A stretch of DNA of 64,000 bases from Candidatus Latescibacterota bacterium (GTDB lineage: Bacteria > Latescibacterota > UBA2968 > UBA8231): assembly GCA_965215195.1 (NCBI GenBank), contig CBDCDC010000002.1, positions 128,001 to 192,000 of the forward strand. Direction: 5' to 3'. The notes beneath the pieces were generated by a model. That model searched no databases and had not been told where the DNA came from. It saw only the letters and a program-made list of their open reading frames with translations. A program made the position numbers and the translations under genes. This document shows, one piece after another, positions 20,505 to 30,605 of the stretch (its first letter is position 1; every line of letters begins with the position of its first letter).

Positions 20505-23500
20505 ATGGACCCAAGCCTTTCGCCTCGCTGCCTTTCGCTCGACCTCGAAGTCGGCAAGCAAAATCGCCGCATTCATGCCTTCGCCGCGGTGCGCTTGGAT
20601 GTCGAGCAACCGCTGGTCTTCCACGGCGGCGACTTGGCGGCAGCGTTGGCAGCACTCGACGAATTCGCTGATGGCGCGGACTTCCTGCTCGGCCACAACC
20701 TAATCGCTTTCGATCGGCCCCAGCTAAAAGCAGCCAAGCCCGATCTGCGGCTGTTGAAGCTGCCGGCGGTGGATACGCTGCGGCTCAACCCCCTCGCCTT
20801 TCCCCGCAATCCCTATCACCACCTCGTCAAACACTATCAGGACGGACAGCTCAAACGCGGGCGACGGAACGACCCGGAACTCGATGCCCGGCTCGCGCTA
20901 GAGGTCTTTGGCGATCAGCAAACCGCGTTACGCAATGCGCCGCGTGGCTTGCTCGCCGCGTGGCATTGGCTGACCGGAACAGGCGCGGGATTCGACGCTG
21001 TTTTCACCGACATACGGGACGCGCGCCGGCCAACCGACGCGGCCGCAAAAGCGGCGATCGGCGAGCAGCTTGCGGGCAATGCCTGTCAGAATCGCGGTCG
21101 GGATGTTCTCGAGCATGTCGCCCAAAGCGGTTGGCCGCTAGCGTACGCGCTGGCTTGGCTGTCCGTTGCGGGCGGCAATTCCGTGATGCCGCCGTGGGTT
21201 CGACATCAGTTCCCAGAAGCCGGTACGCTGGTTCGCCGACTACGGGATGTGTCCTGCGGCGCGGCGGACTGCGATTGGTGCCGGGAGAGACACGACGCGC
21301 GCAAGGAGCTTAAACGCTGGTTCGGTTTTGACGATTTTCGCCCGGAGCCGCTCGACGAGGCCGGCCGGCCCATGCAGCAGGTCATCGTCGAGGCGGCAAT
21401 GGCCGGAGAGCACGTTCTGGGGATTCTGCCCACCGGCACCGGCAAGTCGCTCTGCTACCAGATCCCGGCCCTGTCCCGCTACGACAAAATCGGCGCTCTC
21501 ACGGTGGTTATTTCGCCCCTCGTAGCGCTCATGGCCGATCAGGTGGCGGGGCTGGAGGCTCGTGGAATCGGCTCGTGCGTGGCCATCAACGGGTTGCTGT
21601 CCATGCCCGAGCGGGCCGATGCGCTGGAGCGGGTGCGCTTGGGGGATGCAGGTATTCTCGTCATCTCGCCGGAGCAACTCCGCAACCGCTCCCTGCGCCG
21701 TGCGCTCGATCAACGCGAGATCGGGGCTTGGGTGCTGGACGAAGCCCATTGTCTCTCGAAGTGGGGGCACGACTTTCGCCCGGATTATCGCTACGTGGGG
21801 CGCTTCATCCGCGAAAAGGCGGGACAGGACCCGATCCCGCCGGTGCTGTGCCTAACTGCAACCGCCAAGCCCGATGTAGTAGCGGACATTGAGCAGCATT
21901 TCCAGGACGAGCTCGATACAGGACTGAAGGTTTTGGACGGCGGTGCCCAGCGCACCAATCTGGACTTCACAGTGGTGCCGACGACCGGGGGAGAGAAATT
22001 CGCGCATATCCATCAGCTTCTGATGGCCGACCTGCCGCCGGATGCGCCCGGCGGTGCCATTGTCTATTGTGCGACGCGCAAGCGGACCGAAGAGGTGGCC
22101 GAGTTTTTGCAGAACAAGGAGCTCGCGGCAGACTACTTCCACTCCAAGCTGTCGCCGGAGACCAAGAAGGATGTGCAGCGGCGCTTCATCGGCGGCGATC
22201 TGCGCGTGATCGCGGCTACCAATGCCTTTGGCATGGGCATTGACAAGCCAGACGTGCGACTGGTGATCCACGCCGACATCCCGGGGTCGCTGGAGAACTA
22301 CATGCAGGAGGCCGGCCGCGCCGGCCGCGACCGTGATATGGCTCGTTGCGTACTGCTCTATGCGACGGATGACGTGGAGAGACAGTTCGGCCTGTCGGCG
22401 AGTTCGCGGCTCACTCGGCGAGAGATTCACGGCGTGCTGAGATCCCTGCGCAACTTGGACCGGAAGAAGCGTCTGAAAGGCGAGGTCGTGGCTACCACCG
22501 GCGAGATCCTCGACGAGGACGAGGAAAAGGTCTTTGAGCGGGACTCCGCCACCGACGATACCCGCGTACGAACCGCCATATCTTGGCTTGAGGAGGCGGT
22601 GCTGCTGACCCGGGAAGAGAACCAAGTGCAGGTGTTTCCTTCGTCTCTGCGGGTGGACTCGGTGAAGGAAGCACGCCGTCGGTTGGCAAAGGCGTCCGCG
22701 ACCGATGACTACCGGCAACGGCTGCTCAGAATCGCCGAGACGCTGATTGACGCCGACCCCGACGAGGGCATCTCTACCGACGCTCTGATGGGCGTATCCG
22801 GCCTGAGTGCCGAAGGTGTGCGCGCTGCCCTGTACGACTTGGAGCGGCTGGGTATCGCCCGCAACGATACGGCTCTGACCGCCTTTGTCCACGCGGGGGT
22901 GGAGCGCAACTCGCGGAAGCGCTTTGATGAGGCGGCGGAATTGGAGACCGCCCTGATCGCGCAGATGCGCGAGGCCGCACCGGATATGGACAAGGGAGAC
23001 ACCGCACCCCTGCATTTGCGCGTGGCCGCGCAAACCCTGCGCGATGCGGGAGTGGCTGATCCGCTGCCGGAACGGCTGCGGCGCATTCTCCGCAGCATCG
23101 CCCGCGACGGGCGCGGCGAAGGGGGCGGCACTGGCAGCATCGGAATGCAACAGCGGGATGCGGAAACGGTGCAGGTGACGCTGCGGCGCACGTGGGCGGA
23201 TTTGGAGGAGCTCGCGTCGCGCCGACGCAATGGGGCCAAGCTCCTGCTGAATCACTTGCTCGCTTGCCTGCCGCCTCGGAGTCGGGGCACGGACTTGCTG
23301 GCTGAGACCACCCTCGGCAAGCTGTTGGAAGCGATTACGTCCGACCTGTTTCTAAAGAGCAAAAATCCCGAGAAGTTGCTGGACCGCGCCCTGTTATGGC
23401 TACACGAGCAGGAGGTCATTCGCCTGCACAAAGGTCTAGCGGTATTCCGTCCGGCCATGACCATCCGGCTAGCTGAAGAGAGGCGCGGCTTTGCCAACGC

Positions 23501-25667
23501 CGACTTTGAGCCGCTTAAGCTCCACTACAAGGGGCAGGTACTGCAGATCCACGTGATGGCGGAGTTTGCCGAGCGGGGCTGCGAGGCCATAACCGATGCC
23601 ATGCGTATGGCCATGGACTACTTCAGCCTAACAGAGGAGGAATTCCTCGGCCGTTGGATGCCAGAGCGGGACAAGGAGACTGAGCGGCAGACCACGCCCG
23701 AATCGTGGCGAGCCATCGTCGAAAGCCTGAAGAATCCCATCCAGCAACGCATCGTCGCGGATGATCGAGAGCAGACAAACGTGCTGGTGCTGGCTGGTCC
23801 CGGTTCCGGCAAGACGCGAGTGCTAGTGCATCGCATCGCCTATCTGGTGCGCGTAAGGCGCGAGAATCCCCGCGGCATCCTAGCTTTGGCCTACAACCGG
23901 CACGCAGCGGTCGAGATCCGGCGACGCCTCATGGATTTGATCGGCGACGACGCCCGCGGGATAACCGTGCTCACCTGTCATGCGCTGGCCATGCGCATAG
24001 TCGGCGTCAGCTTCGAGGAGCGGGAGAGGAAGCTACTGGACGATGGTGCATTCCGGGAGGTGTTGCGCCAAGCCGTGGCGCTGTTGCGCGGCGAGGGGCT
24101 GGAGCCGGAGGAAGCCGACGATCAGCGGGAACGACTCCTCGCGGGTTTCCGCTGGATACTCGTGGACGAATACCAAGACATCGGGGCGGATCAATACGAG
24201 TTGATATCGGCCTTGGCCGGCCGGACCCTAAAGGATGAGGATCGCAAGCTCACCCTCTTCTCAGTAGGCGACGACGATCAGAACATCTACGCCTTCAATG
24301 GCGCTTCAGTGGAGTTCATTCGCCGTTTTGAAGCGGATTACGGGCCGAAGCCCACCTACTTAATCGACAACTACCGTTCCACCGGCCACATCATCGCAGC
24401 GGCCAATGCGTTGATCGCGCCGGCTCGACAACGGCTTAAAACCGGACATCCCATCCGCATCAACCGGGCCCGTGCGAAAAATCCGCCGGGCGGGGACTGG
24501 TGTGCGTTAGACTCGGTCGCTCAAGGCCGGGTACAACTTCTGCCGGCGCGGCACGACCCGATCTCGCAAGCGCAGGTGGCGATGCTGGAGTTGCAGCGCC
24601 TCGCCACCCTCTCACCGGACTGGGACTGGTCCCAGTGCGCGGTGATCGCCCGCGAATGGAAGTATCTGGATCCGGTCCGCGCCTTCTGCGAACTCCACCG
24701 CATCCCGGCGCAGATGGGGAACGAAGAAATCCCGAGCTTCTGGCACCTGCGAGAAACCCGAACGCTTGTCGAATGGCTGCGCGGACGCGAGACCCGGATC
24801 GTGGGCAGTGCTGAGCTGAGGGATTGGCTGGACGCGCAAACGCCCGGCCCATGGAACGACCTGCTGCGGCAAGCCCTAGACGAGCGTTCCCTAGAAACCA
24901 GCGACGCGGAAATGCCGGTGGACCACTTCATTGAGTGGCTGGCCGAGTGGGGGCGAGACATACGCCGCCGCCAGCGCGGGCTCTTGCTGCTGACCGCACA
25001 CCGCGCCAAGGGATTGGAGTTCGACCACGTGGCCGTGCTCGACGGAGGCTGGGACAAAGTCGATAAGGGCGAGGACCCGGACGCGTCGCGTAGGCTCTAC
25101 TACGTGGCCATGACGCGCGCCCGGCAGACCCTTGCGCTCGTGCGTTTTCAAGGATCGCGCCCCGCAGTAGGGACTGGGCGGCCTGATTTTGTAAAGGAGC
25201 CTGAACCGCCGGCATACTTGGGGCGCTTGCACCCGCTGCCGTATGCCCTTCCGAACAACGGCTCGATTTTGCACCGCACGTCCGATGGCTTGCAACCGGA
25301 AACCTTGGAACTCTCGCGTCAATATCGGCGGCCCAGCCTGGGCGAAGTCTATTTGGGCTTTGCCGGGCGTCTGCACGCCAATCATCCGTTGCATCGTGCG
25401 ATTGCCTCTTTGTCGCCCGGCGATCGCTTGGAAGCGCGGATTGCCCAAACAGGCTCTTGGGAATTGCTAGACCGGTCGGGGATGGTGGTGGGTCGCCTTG
25501 CCCGAGCCTTTGAACCCCCACCGGGAACGCGGTGCAGGTCCGCCGCGGTTTTCGCTGTGGTGGCTTGGAGCCGCGAAGCGTCGGAGCCGCAGTACCGCGA
25601 TCGTGCGAAATGCGATGCTTGGGAGGTCGTGGTGCCGGAGCTGGTGTTTGAGCCGGAGCGCGAATAA
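20505..25667 (+). CDS. Fusion protein: DEDD exonuclease-like domain, RecQ (SF2) helicase, UvrD (SF1) helicase and HIRAN-like tail
   Basis: LSLDLE/GHNLIAFD; PTGTGKS, DEAHC.SKWGHDFRPDY, AFGMGIDK, QEAGRAGRD; AGPGSGKT, VDEYQD, VGDDDQNIY, NYRS, TAHRAKGLEF, YVAMTRA. Confidence 0.9.
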   Translation: MDPSLSPRCLSLDLEVGKQNRRIHAFAAVRLDVEQPLVFHGGDLAAALAALDEFADGADFLLGHNLIAFDRPQLKAAKPDLRLLKLPAVDTLRLNPLAFPRNPYHHLVKHYQDGQLKRGRRNDPELDARLALEVFGDQQTALRNAPRGLLAAWHWLTGTGAGFDAVFTDIRDARRPTDAAAKAAIGEQLAGNACQNRGRDVLEHVAQSGWPLAYALAWLSVAGGNSVMPPWVRHQFPEAGTLVRRLRDVSCGAADCDWCRERHDARKELKRWFGFDDFRPEPLDEAGRPMQQVIVEAAMAGEHVLGILPTGTGKSLCYQIPALSRYDKIGALTVVISPLVALMADQVAGLEARGIGSCVAINGLLSMPERADALERVRLGDAGILVISPEQLRNRSLRRALDQREIGAWVLDEAHCLSKWGHDFRPDYRYVGRFIREKAGQDPIPPVLCLTATAKPDVVADIEQHFQDELDTGLKVLDGGAQRTNLDFTVVPTTGGEKFAHIHQLLMADLPPDAPGGAIVYCATRKRTEEVAEFLQNKELAADYFHSKLSPETKKDVQRRFIGGDLRVIAATNAFGMGIDKPDVRLVIHADIPGSLENYMQEAGRAGRDRDMARCVLLYATDDVERQFGLSASSRLTRREIHGVLRSLRNLDRKKRLKGEVVATTGEILDEDEEKVFERDSATDDTRVRTAISWLEEAVLLTREENQVQVFPSSLRVDSVKEARRRLAKASATDDYRQRLLRIAETLIDADPDEGISTDALMGVSGLSAEGVRAALYDLERLGIARNDTALTAFVHAGVERNSRKRFDEAAELETALIAQMREAAPDMDKGDTAPLHLRVAAQTLRDAGVADPLPERLRRILRSIARDGRGEGGGTGSIGMQQRDAETVQVTLRRTWADLEELASRRRNGAKLLLNHLLACLPPRSRGTDLLAETTLGKLLEAITSDLFLKSKNPEKLLDRALLWLHEQEVIRLHKGLAVFRPAMTIRLAEERRGFANADFEPLKLHYKGQVLQIHVMAEFAERGCEAITDAMRMAMDYFSLTEEEFLGRWMPERDKETERQTTPESWRAIVESLKNPIQQRIVADDREQTNVLVLAGPGSGKTRVLVHRIAYLVRVRRENPRGILALAYNRHAAVEIRRRLMDLIGDDARGITVLTCHALAMRIVGVSFEERERKLLDDGAFREVLRQAVALLRGEGLEPEEADDQRERLLAGFRWILVDEYQDIGADQYELISALAGRTLKDEDRKLTLFSVGDDDQNIYAFNGASVEFIRRFEADYGPKPTYLIDNYRSTGHIIAAANALIAPARQRLKTGHPIRINRARAKNPPGGDWCALDSVAQGRVQLLPARHDPISQAQVAMLELQRLATLSPDWDWSQCAVIAREWKYLDPVRAFCELHRIPAQMGNEEIPSFWHLRETRTLVEWLRGRETRIVGSAELRDWLDAQTPGPWNDLLRQALDERSLETSDAEMPVDHFIEWLAEWGRDIRRRQRGLLLLTAHRAKGLEFDHVAVLDGGWDKVDKGEDPDASRRLYYVAMTRARQTLALVRFQGSRPAVGTGRPDFVKEPEPPAYLGRLHPLPYALPNNGSILHRTSDGLQPETLELSRQYRRPSLGEVYLGFAGRLHANHPLHRAIASLSPGDRLEARIAQTGSWELLDRSGMVVGRLARAFEPPPGTRCRSAAVFAVVAWSREASEPQYRDRAKCDAWEVVVPELVFEPERE

Positions 25668-25789
25668 TCCGCCGGCGACTAGCCCCGCGCCGCGGATTCG
25701 CGTCGCATGGTACTCGCGGGGGCAAGTTGACAGCCTGTGTGGGAGCGGCCTTATTTGCGCTCCAACCAACAGCCAAAGGAGCCTGAGAA

Positions 25790-26341
25790 ATGCCGGATGT
25801 TATCGTCGTAGGAGATGGGCCGGGCGGATTGAGCGCCGCGCTCTTTCTCGCCAAAAACGACATGAGCGTCACCGTCTTCGGCCAAGACAAGACCCTGATG
25901 CACAAGGCCATGCTGTACAATTATTTGGGCATTCCCAAGATCGCCGGACCCGAGTTCCAGCAGATCGGCCGCGAGCAGGTGCGCGGCTTTGGCGGGGAGA
26001 TTCAGGACACTGAAGTCAGCCGCGTCGAAAAGGGCGAGGGGGGCTTTGCTGTCGAGACCGCTGATGGCCAAAGTCACGAGGCCAAGTACCTGATCTTGGC
26101 TACCGGGCCGAGCAACCCGCTGGCCGACCGCCTAGGCGTGGCCAAAGAAGCCGACGGGTTGGTGGCCGACCGCCATGGCCGCACCGCGGTCGAAGGGCTG
26201 TACGTCATTGGCTGGAGCACCCGCCTGAAGAAGATTCAGGCCATTATCTCGGCCGGCGACGGGGCCTGCGCCGCGCTGGACATCCTCTCGGCCAAGGCTG
26301 GCGAGGACATCCACGACTTCGACCTGATCGAAGACGAGTAG
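25790..26341 (+). CDS. Small FAD-dependent oxidoreductase (thioredoxin-reductase-like, no CxxC)
   Basis: VIVVGDGPGGLSAA, LILATG, QAIISAGDG. Confidence 0.8.
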   Translation: MPDVIVVGDGPGGLSAALFLAKNDMSVTVFGQDKTLMHKAMLYNYLGIPKIAGPEFQQIGREQVRGFGGEIQDTEVSRVEKGEGGFAVETADGQSHEAKYLILATGPSNPLADRLGVAKEADGLVADRHGRTAVEGLYVIGWSTRLKKIQAIISAGDGACAALDILSAKAGEDIHDFDLIEDE

Positions 26342-26342
26342 G

Positions 26343-27305
26343 CTAAAGCGAGACGACGCGCCCTTCTATGGCGGATTGGGTGGCCGCGAGCGTCACGGCT
26401 AAGGTTTTGACCGCCTCTGCGTAGGAGCAACGGATGCCGGCGGCATCGCCGCTCTGCACGGCTTGGAGAAAGGCGCGATCCTCGGCTTGCGTTGGGTTGT
26501 TGCCCAGCGCGACGACTTCCCGGCCGCTGGGGCGGTCGATGGTGAGCGCGCCGGAGGCGAGGCGCAGGACTTGGTTTTTCTGGTAAATGTCCAAGCCCAC
26601 CTGCCCGCCGGCCGAGAGCATACAGGCCGAGGTGATGCTGGCCACTGCGCCGCTTTGGAAGCGGAGATTGGTGACCGAGGCGTCGTGGACATCGTAGTTT
26701 GGCACGTCTTCCATCAGGCCGGTGCGCGCCATCGCGTGGACGCTCTCCACCTCTCCTATCAGGTAGCGGGCCAAGTCGAAAATGTGCGTGGTTTGCTCGA
26801 CGATCTGGCCGCCGCTCTCGGCCAACACCCGCCACCAAGACACCCCGGGCATGCCGCCGGTCCAAGCGCCGAGGGCAAAGCCCACCGGCTCGTCGCCGAG
26901 GCATGCGATTGCTTGGGCGGTCGTGTCCATGTAGCGCCAGTGATAGCCCACGGCGCTGATCAGGTTTTGGTGGCCGATGGCCGCTGCAACGGCGCGGGCT
27001 TGTTCGAGAGAAGTCGCCACGGGTTTTTCCACGAAAATGGGCAAGCCGCGCTCAATGGCCGCTAGTTCGGGCTGGGCGTGGGCAAAAGGCGGCAGGCAGA
27101 TATAGACCGCGTCGAGGGCCTCGCTGTCGTACAGGGCCTCGTAGTGGCCGTAGGCCCGGCCGCCGTACTCGCTGGCCGCAGCGAGGGCCTTTTCCTCAAC
27201 TACGTCGCAAAAGGCAATGAGTTCGGCCTCGTCGAGCTGGGCGAGGGTGCGTAGGTGGTGGTTGGCGATGCCGCCCGTGCCGACAAAGCCGATTCTGACC
27301 GTCAT
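26343..27305 (-). CDS. Gfo/Idh/MocA oxidoreductase
   Basis: IGFVGTGGIA, FVEKP, EQTTHIFD. Confidence 0.9.
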   Translation of the reverse strand: MTVRIGFVGTGGIANHHLRTLAQLDEAELIAFCDVVEEKALAAASEYGGRAYGHYEALYDSEALDAVYICLPPFAHAQPELAAIERGLPIFVEKPVATSLEQARAVAAAIGHQNLISAVGYHWRYMDTTAQAIACLGDEPVGFALGAWTGGMPGVSWWRVLAESGGQIVEQTTHIFDLARYLIGEVESVHAMARTGLMEDVPNYDVHDASVTNLRFQSGAVASITSACMLSAGGQVGLDIYQKNQVLRLASGALTIDRPSGREVVALGNNPTQAEDRAFLQAVQSGDAAGIRCSYAEAVKTLAVTLAATQSAIEGRVVSL

Positions 27306-27343
27306 AGCGACCTCCTTTTACCAGATTCAATGATGGGCAAGGT

Positions 27344-27372
27344 GTTATACAGCGCGGTGGGGCCGCTGTCAA
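27344..27372 (-). promoter_or_regulatory. Near-consensus sigma70 promoter for the Gfo/Idh/MocA gene
   Basis: TTGACA-17 nt-TATAAC on the minus strand; AGGAGG RBS downstream. Confidence 0.75.
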
Positions 27373-27382
27373 GCTGAGTATC

Positions 27383-28879
27383 ATGGCTGGACAGGGTGGA
27401 CGAGGTCGGCTGACGCGCAAGATCGGCGTCGTGGCCGCTGGGCGCACGGCCAATACCGCCAGCATCATAGCTGTCTATGCGCTGATTGCCCGCACTTGGC
27501 CCCCGGAAGAATGCGGGCTTTTTATGGCGGTCTGGGTGGTGGGCAACGCCCTGATCCCGGTGTTTTTGCTCGGGCTGCCCACGAGTTTGCTCTACTTCTT
27601 TCCCCGGCAGCGCGAGCCGCGCTTGCTCGTCGGCCAAGTGCTGAGGTGCTTGGCGGCGTCGGGCTTGGCATTGGCCGGAATCCTGTGGTTGTGGGGGCCG
27701 CAGTTGGCCGCGGTGCTGGTGCAAGAGGCCAGCGATAGCGAGCAGGTTGCCGCGTACCTGCTGCCGTTCTTGCCCTATCTCTTTGCGGTGATCGCCGCCG
27801 GTGGCGCCGAAGCGGCCTTGGTGGCCGCCGACCGCGAGCACTATTTGGCGTGGCTGCAACTGGCTATGGGCGGCGCATTAGTCGCTGGTGCAGGGGGTGC
27901 TCTATGGCTGGGCTGGATGCCCGCGCAGGTACTGGCGCTGTTTTCCGGGTTGGGCGTGTTGCGCTTGCTCGCCATCTGCGGACTGGTGCGCTTGGCATTG
28001 GGCGGCGGGCACTGGTGGGGGTGGGAAGGGTTAGGTGAGTTGATGCGCTATACGCGCTCGGTTGGTTTTAGCGACGCAGTAGGCAGCCTCTCGCGCTATG
28101 TCGATCGCTTTGTGGTAATGCACTTCTTCGCGGCCGGCGCGTTTGCCGAATACCACTTCGGGGCCATTGAGGTGCCGATCAGCCTGCTGCTGTCGGCGGT
28201 GACATCCGTGTTGATCCCGGAGGTCAGTCGGCTCTTTCAGGCGGGACAGCTCGGCCAGATACTGGCGCTGTGGCAGCGCGCGGTCTCGCGCTTGGCCCTG
28301 TTGGTGTTGCCGCTGGCGGCCTTCCTGCTCGCTTTTGCCGGGCCGCTAATCGGCTGGCTCTTCCCGGAATACGACCGCTCGGCTTGGGTTTTCCGCATCT
28401 ATCTATTGGTGCTGCCGCTGCGCTGCGCCGCGTACAATCCGCTGCTGGTGGGCATGGGCAAGGCCCGCTGGGCCCTGTGGGGTAGCGCGGGGGATATGTG
28501 CTGCAATATCGGCTTGAGCTTGGCGCTCGTTGGGTACTTGCAGGGGGTGCGCCCGGAGTGGGCCTTCCTCGGCCCGGCCGTGGCTACCACCTTGGTGACG
28601 TACTTACAGGTGGCCTTCTTGTTGGCGGCTATTGGCTGGCACTTGCGCTGTGATTGGTATCGGCTCCTGCCGTGGGGCCGCTTGCTGAGGATCGGCGCGA
28701 GTGCCGCAGCGGCCGCAGCGATCAGCCGCTGGATTAGCGCGGGCTTGGGCGGCGACTTTTTGCAGGTACTCGTAGGGGGGGGGTGCTTTGCGGTGCTGAT
28801 AGCCGTCTTGACTTGGGCCTACCCGCAAGACCGCGCAGAACTAGTGCACACTTGGCGGGCGTTGACTGGTGTGCGTTAG
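27383..28879 (+). CDS. Polysaccharide flippase (Wzx/MOP family)
   Basis: About 12-14 hydrophobic helices; LGLPTSLLYF, VDRFVV..F, VLIPEVSRL. Confidence 0.8.
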   Translation: MAGQGGRGRLTRKIGVVAAGRTANTASIIAVYALIARTWPPEECGLFMAVWVVGNALIPVFLLGLPTSLLYFFPRQREPRLLVGQVLRCLAASGLALAGILWLWGPQLAAVLVQEASDSEQVAAYLLPFLPYLFAVIAAGGAEAALVAADREHYLAWLQLAMGGALVAGAGGALWLGWMPAQVLALFSGLGVLRLLAICGLVRLALGGGHWWGWEGLGELMRYTRSVGFSDAVGSLSRYVDRFVVMHFFAAGAFAEYHFGAIEVPISLLLSAVTSVLIPEVSRLFQAGQLGQILALWQRAVSRLALLVLPLAAFLLAFAGPLIGWLFPEYDRSAWVFRIYLLVLPLRCAAYNPLLVGMGKARWALWGSAGDMCCNIGLSLALVGYLQGVRPEWAFLGPAVATTLVTYLQVAFLLAAIGWHLRCDWYRLLPWGRLLRIGASAAAAAAISRWISAGLGGDFLQVLVGGGCFAVLIAVLTWAYPQDRAELVHTWRALTGVR

Positions 28880-29164
28880 GCGCTGAGCAGGGCGCTGGCG
28901 ATTTCCTCCCATTCTGCGGGCAGCGACGCCTCGCTATGGGGCTTGCTCGCCCGCCGGTACCAATAGCCGGCGTTGTTTTCGTCGCCCTCGACCCGGTGTA
29001 AATTAAGCGTGAACCCAAGCTCCGGTGGGGTCGGGTGCTTGTTGGGCGAGTTCGTGGGCTTTGTCCCATTGGCCCTTGGCCTCGTACCAGAGTGCTTGCA
29101 GGGCGTGGGAGGTCGCCGGTGGGGTTTGTTCTTGGAGGCTCAGTTTGAAGGTTTTGAGGTCCAT
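28876..29164 (-). pseudogene. Conserved small hypothetical protein split by a +1 frameshift near 29003
   Basis: WDKAHELAQ..AWVHA then TAATTTA instead of TATTTA; continues LHRVEGDENNAGYWYRRA..EWEEIA in another frame. Confidence 0.75.
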
Positions 29165-29311
29165 AGCGGAAGGCTCCGGTTGTCGTGGAGCCTTTAATAT
29201 AAGGTATAGCGGCGCGGCCATCCACCGGGGTGCCCGCCTTGCCAAAAAAGCGCGGAACCCGCTATATTTAGGGCCTTTAACTTAATACTAAACAAGGAAT
29301 TGGGCAAAGAT

Positions 29312-30604
29312 ATGCCAGTAGGAGTGGGCTTGATCGGTTTGGGCACGGTCGGCAGCGGCGTGGTCGAGTTGTTGCAGGATGCGCCCGCGTCGCTGCGGCG
29401 GCGCAAGCACGTGGATTTCGCATTGCAGCGCGTGGCCGTGCGGACCTTGGACAAACCGCGGAGCCCCGCCCTAGCCCCGGCGCTGTTGACCACAGACGCC
29501 GGCGCGGTCGTAGCCGACCCGGATGTGCAACTGGTGGTGGAACTGACCGGCGCACCCCCGGCCTTTGAGTGGGTCCGCGAGGCCCTGCGGCAGGGCAAGG
29601 ACGTGGTGACGGCCAACAAGGCCCTGCTCGCCGAGCGCGGCGAGGAGCTTTTTGAACTGGCGCTGGCCAATGGGGCGGATTTGATGTTTGAAGCCAGCGT
29701 CGCGGCCGGCATTCCCATCATCCGCTCGTTGCGCACTGGCTTGGTGGCCAATCGGGTTGAGTCCCTGTACGGCATTCTCAACGGCACCACCAACTACATG
29801 CTCACGCGCATGAGCCGCGGCGCGGGCGACTACGCGGCCGTCCTCAAAGAAGCCCAAGACCAAGGCTACGCCGAGCCCGACCCGACCATGGACGTGAGCG
29901 GCATGGACGCCGCGCAGAAGTTGGCGATCCTCTGCCGCATTGGCTTTCACTGCACGGGCACGGGCCGCGACGTATTTTGCGAGGGCATTGAGCAGATCGA
30001 GAGCCGGGACATTGAATACGCCCGCGAGCTGGGGTATGCGATCAAGCTGCTGGCCATTGCCAAGCAGCAGGACGGGCGCGTTGAGGCCCGGGTGCATCCG
30101 GCCATGGTGCCACAGGACGCGCTGTTGGCCAACATCCACGACGAATTCAACGCCATTCAGGTGCAGGGGTCTGCGGTGGGGCCGCAAGTGTTTTCCGGCC
30201 GCGGCGCTGGGCGGCTGCCCACGGCCAGCGCGGTAGTGGCGGATATGGTCGAGTTGGTTGAGCGCAAGGCGGCCGGGGCCAGCACGTCCATCGGCGACAT
30301 GATCTTGGGCGAGGACGCGGCCGCGGTCGTGTCCATTGAGGACGTGCAGATGCGCTACTTCATGCGCGTCTTGGTCCGCGATCAGCCCGGGGTGCTCGCC
30401 GGGATCGCGCGCATCTTGGCCGAAGAGCGCATCAGCATTGCCTCGGTCATCCAAAAGGAGCGCGACTTCGAGGGCGGCTCGGTGCCGTTGGTCATTGTCA
30501 CCCACGAGGCGCGCGAAGCCGCGATGCAGCGGGCGCAGCAGGCCGTGGCTGCACTCGATGCCGTGCAGGGGGCGGTCAAGCTCATCCGCATGGAGGATCT
30601 GTAG
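29312..30604 (+). CDS. hom: Homoserine dehydrogenase with ACT domain
   Basis: GLGTVGSG, VVTANKA, FEASVAAGIP, NGTTNY, GYAEPDP, DQPGVLA. Confidence 0.95.
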   Translation: MPVGVGLIGLGTVGSGVVELLQDAPASLRRRKHVDFALQRVAVRTLDKPRSPALAPALLTTDAGAVVADPDVQLVVELTGAPPAFEWVREALRQGKDVVTANKALLAERGEELFELALANGADLMFEASVAAGIPIIRSLRTGLVANRVESLYGILNGTTNYMLTRMSRGAGDYAAVLKEAQDQGYAEPDPTMDVSGMDAAQKLAILCRIGFHCTGTGRDVFCEGIEQIESRDIEYARELGYAIKLLAIAKQQDGRVEARVHPAMVPQDALLANIHDEFNAIQVQGSAVGPQVFSGRGAGRLPTASAVVADMVELVERKAAGASTSIGDMILGEDAAAVVSIEDVQMRYFMRVLVRDQPGVLAGIARILAEERISIASVIQKERDFEGGSVPLVIVTHEAREAAMQRAQQAVAALDAVQGAVKLIRMEDL

Positions 30605-30605
30605 C

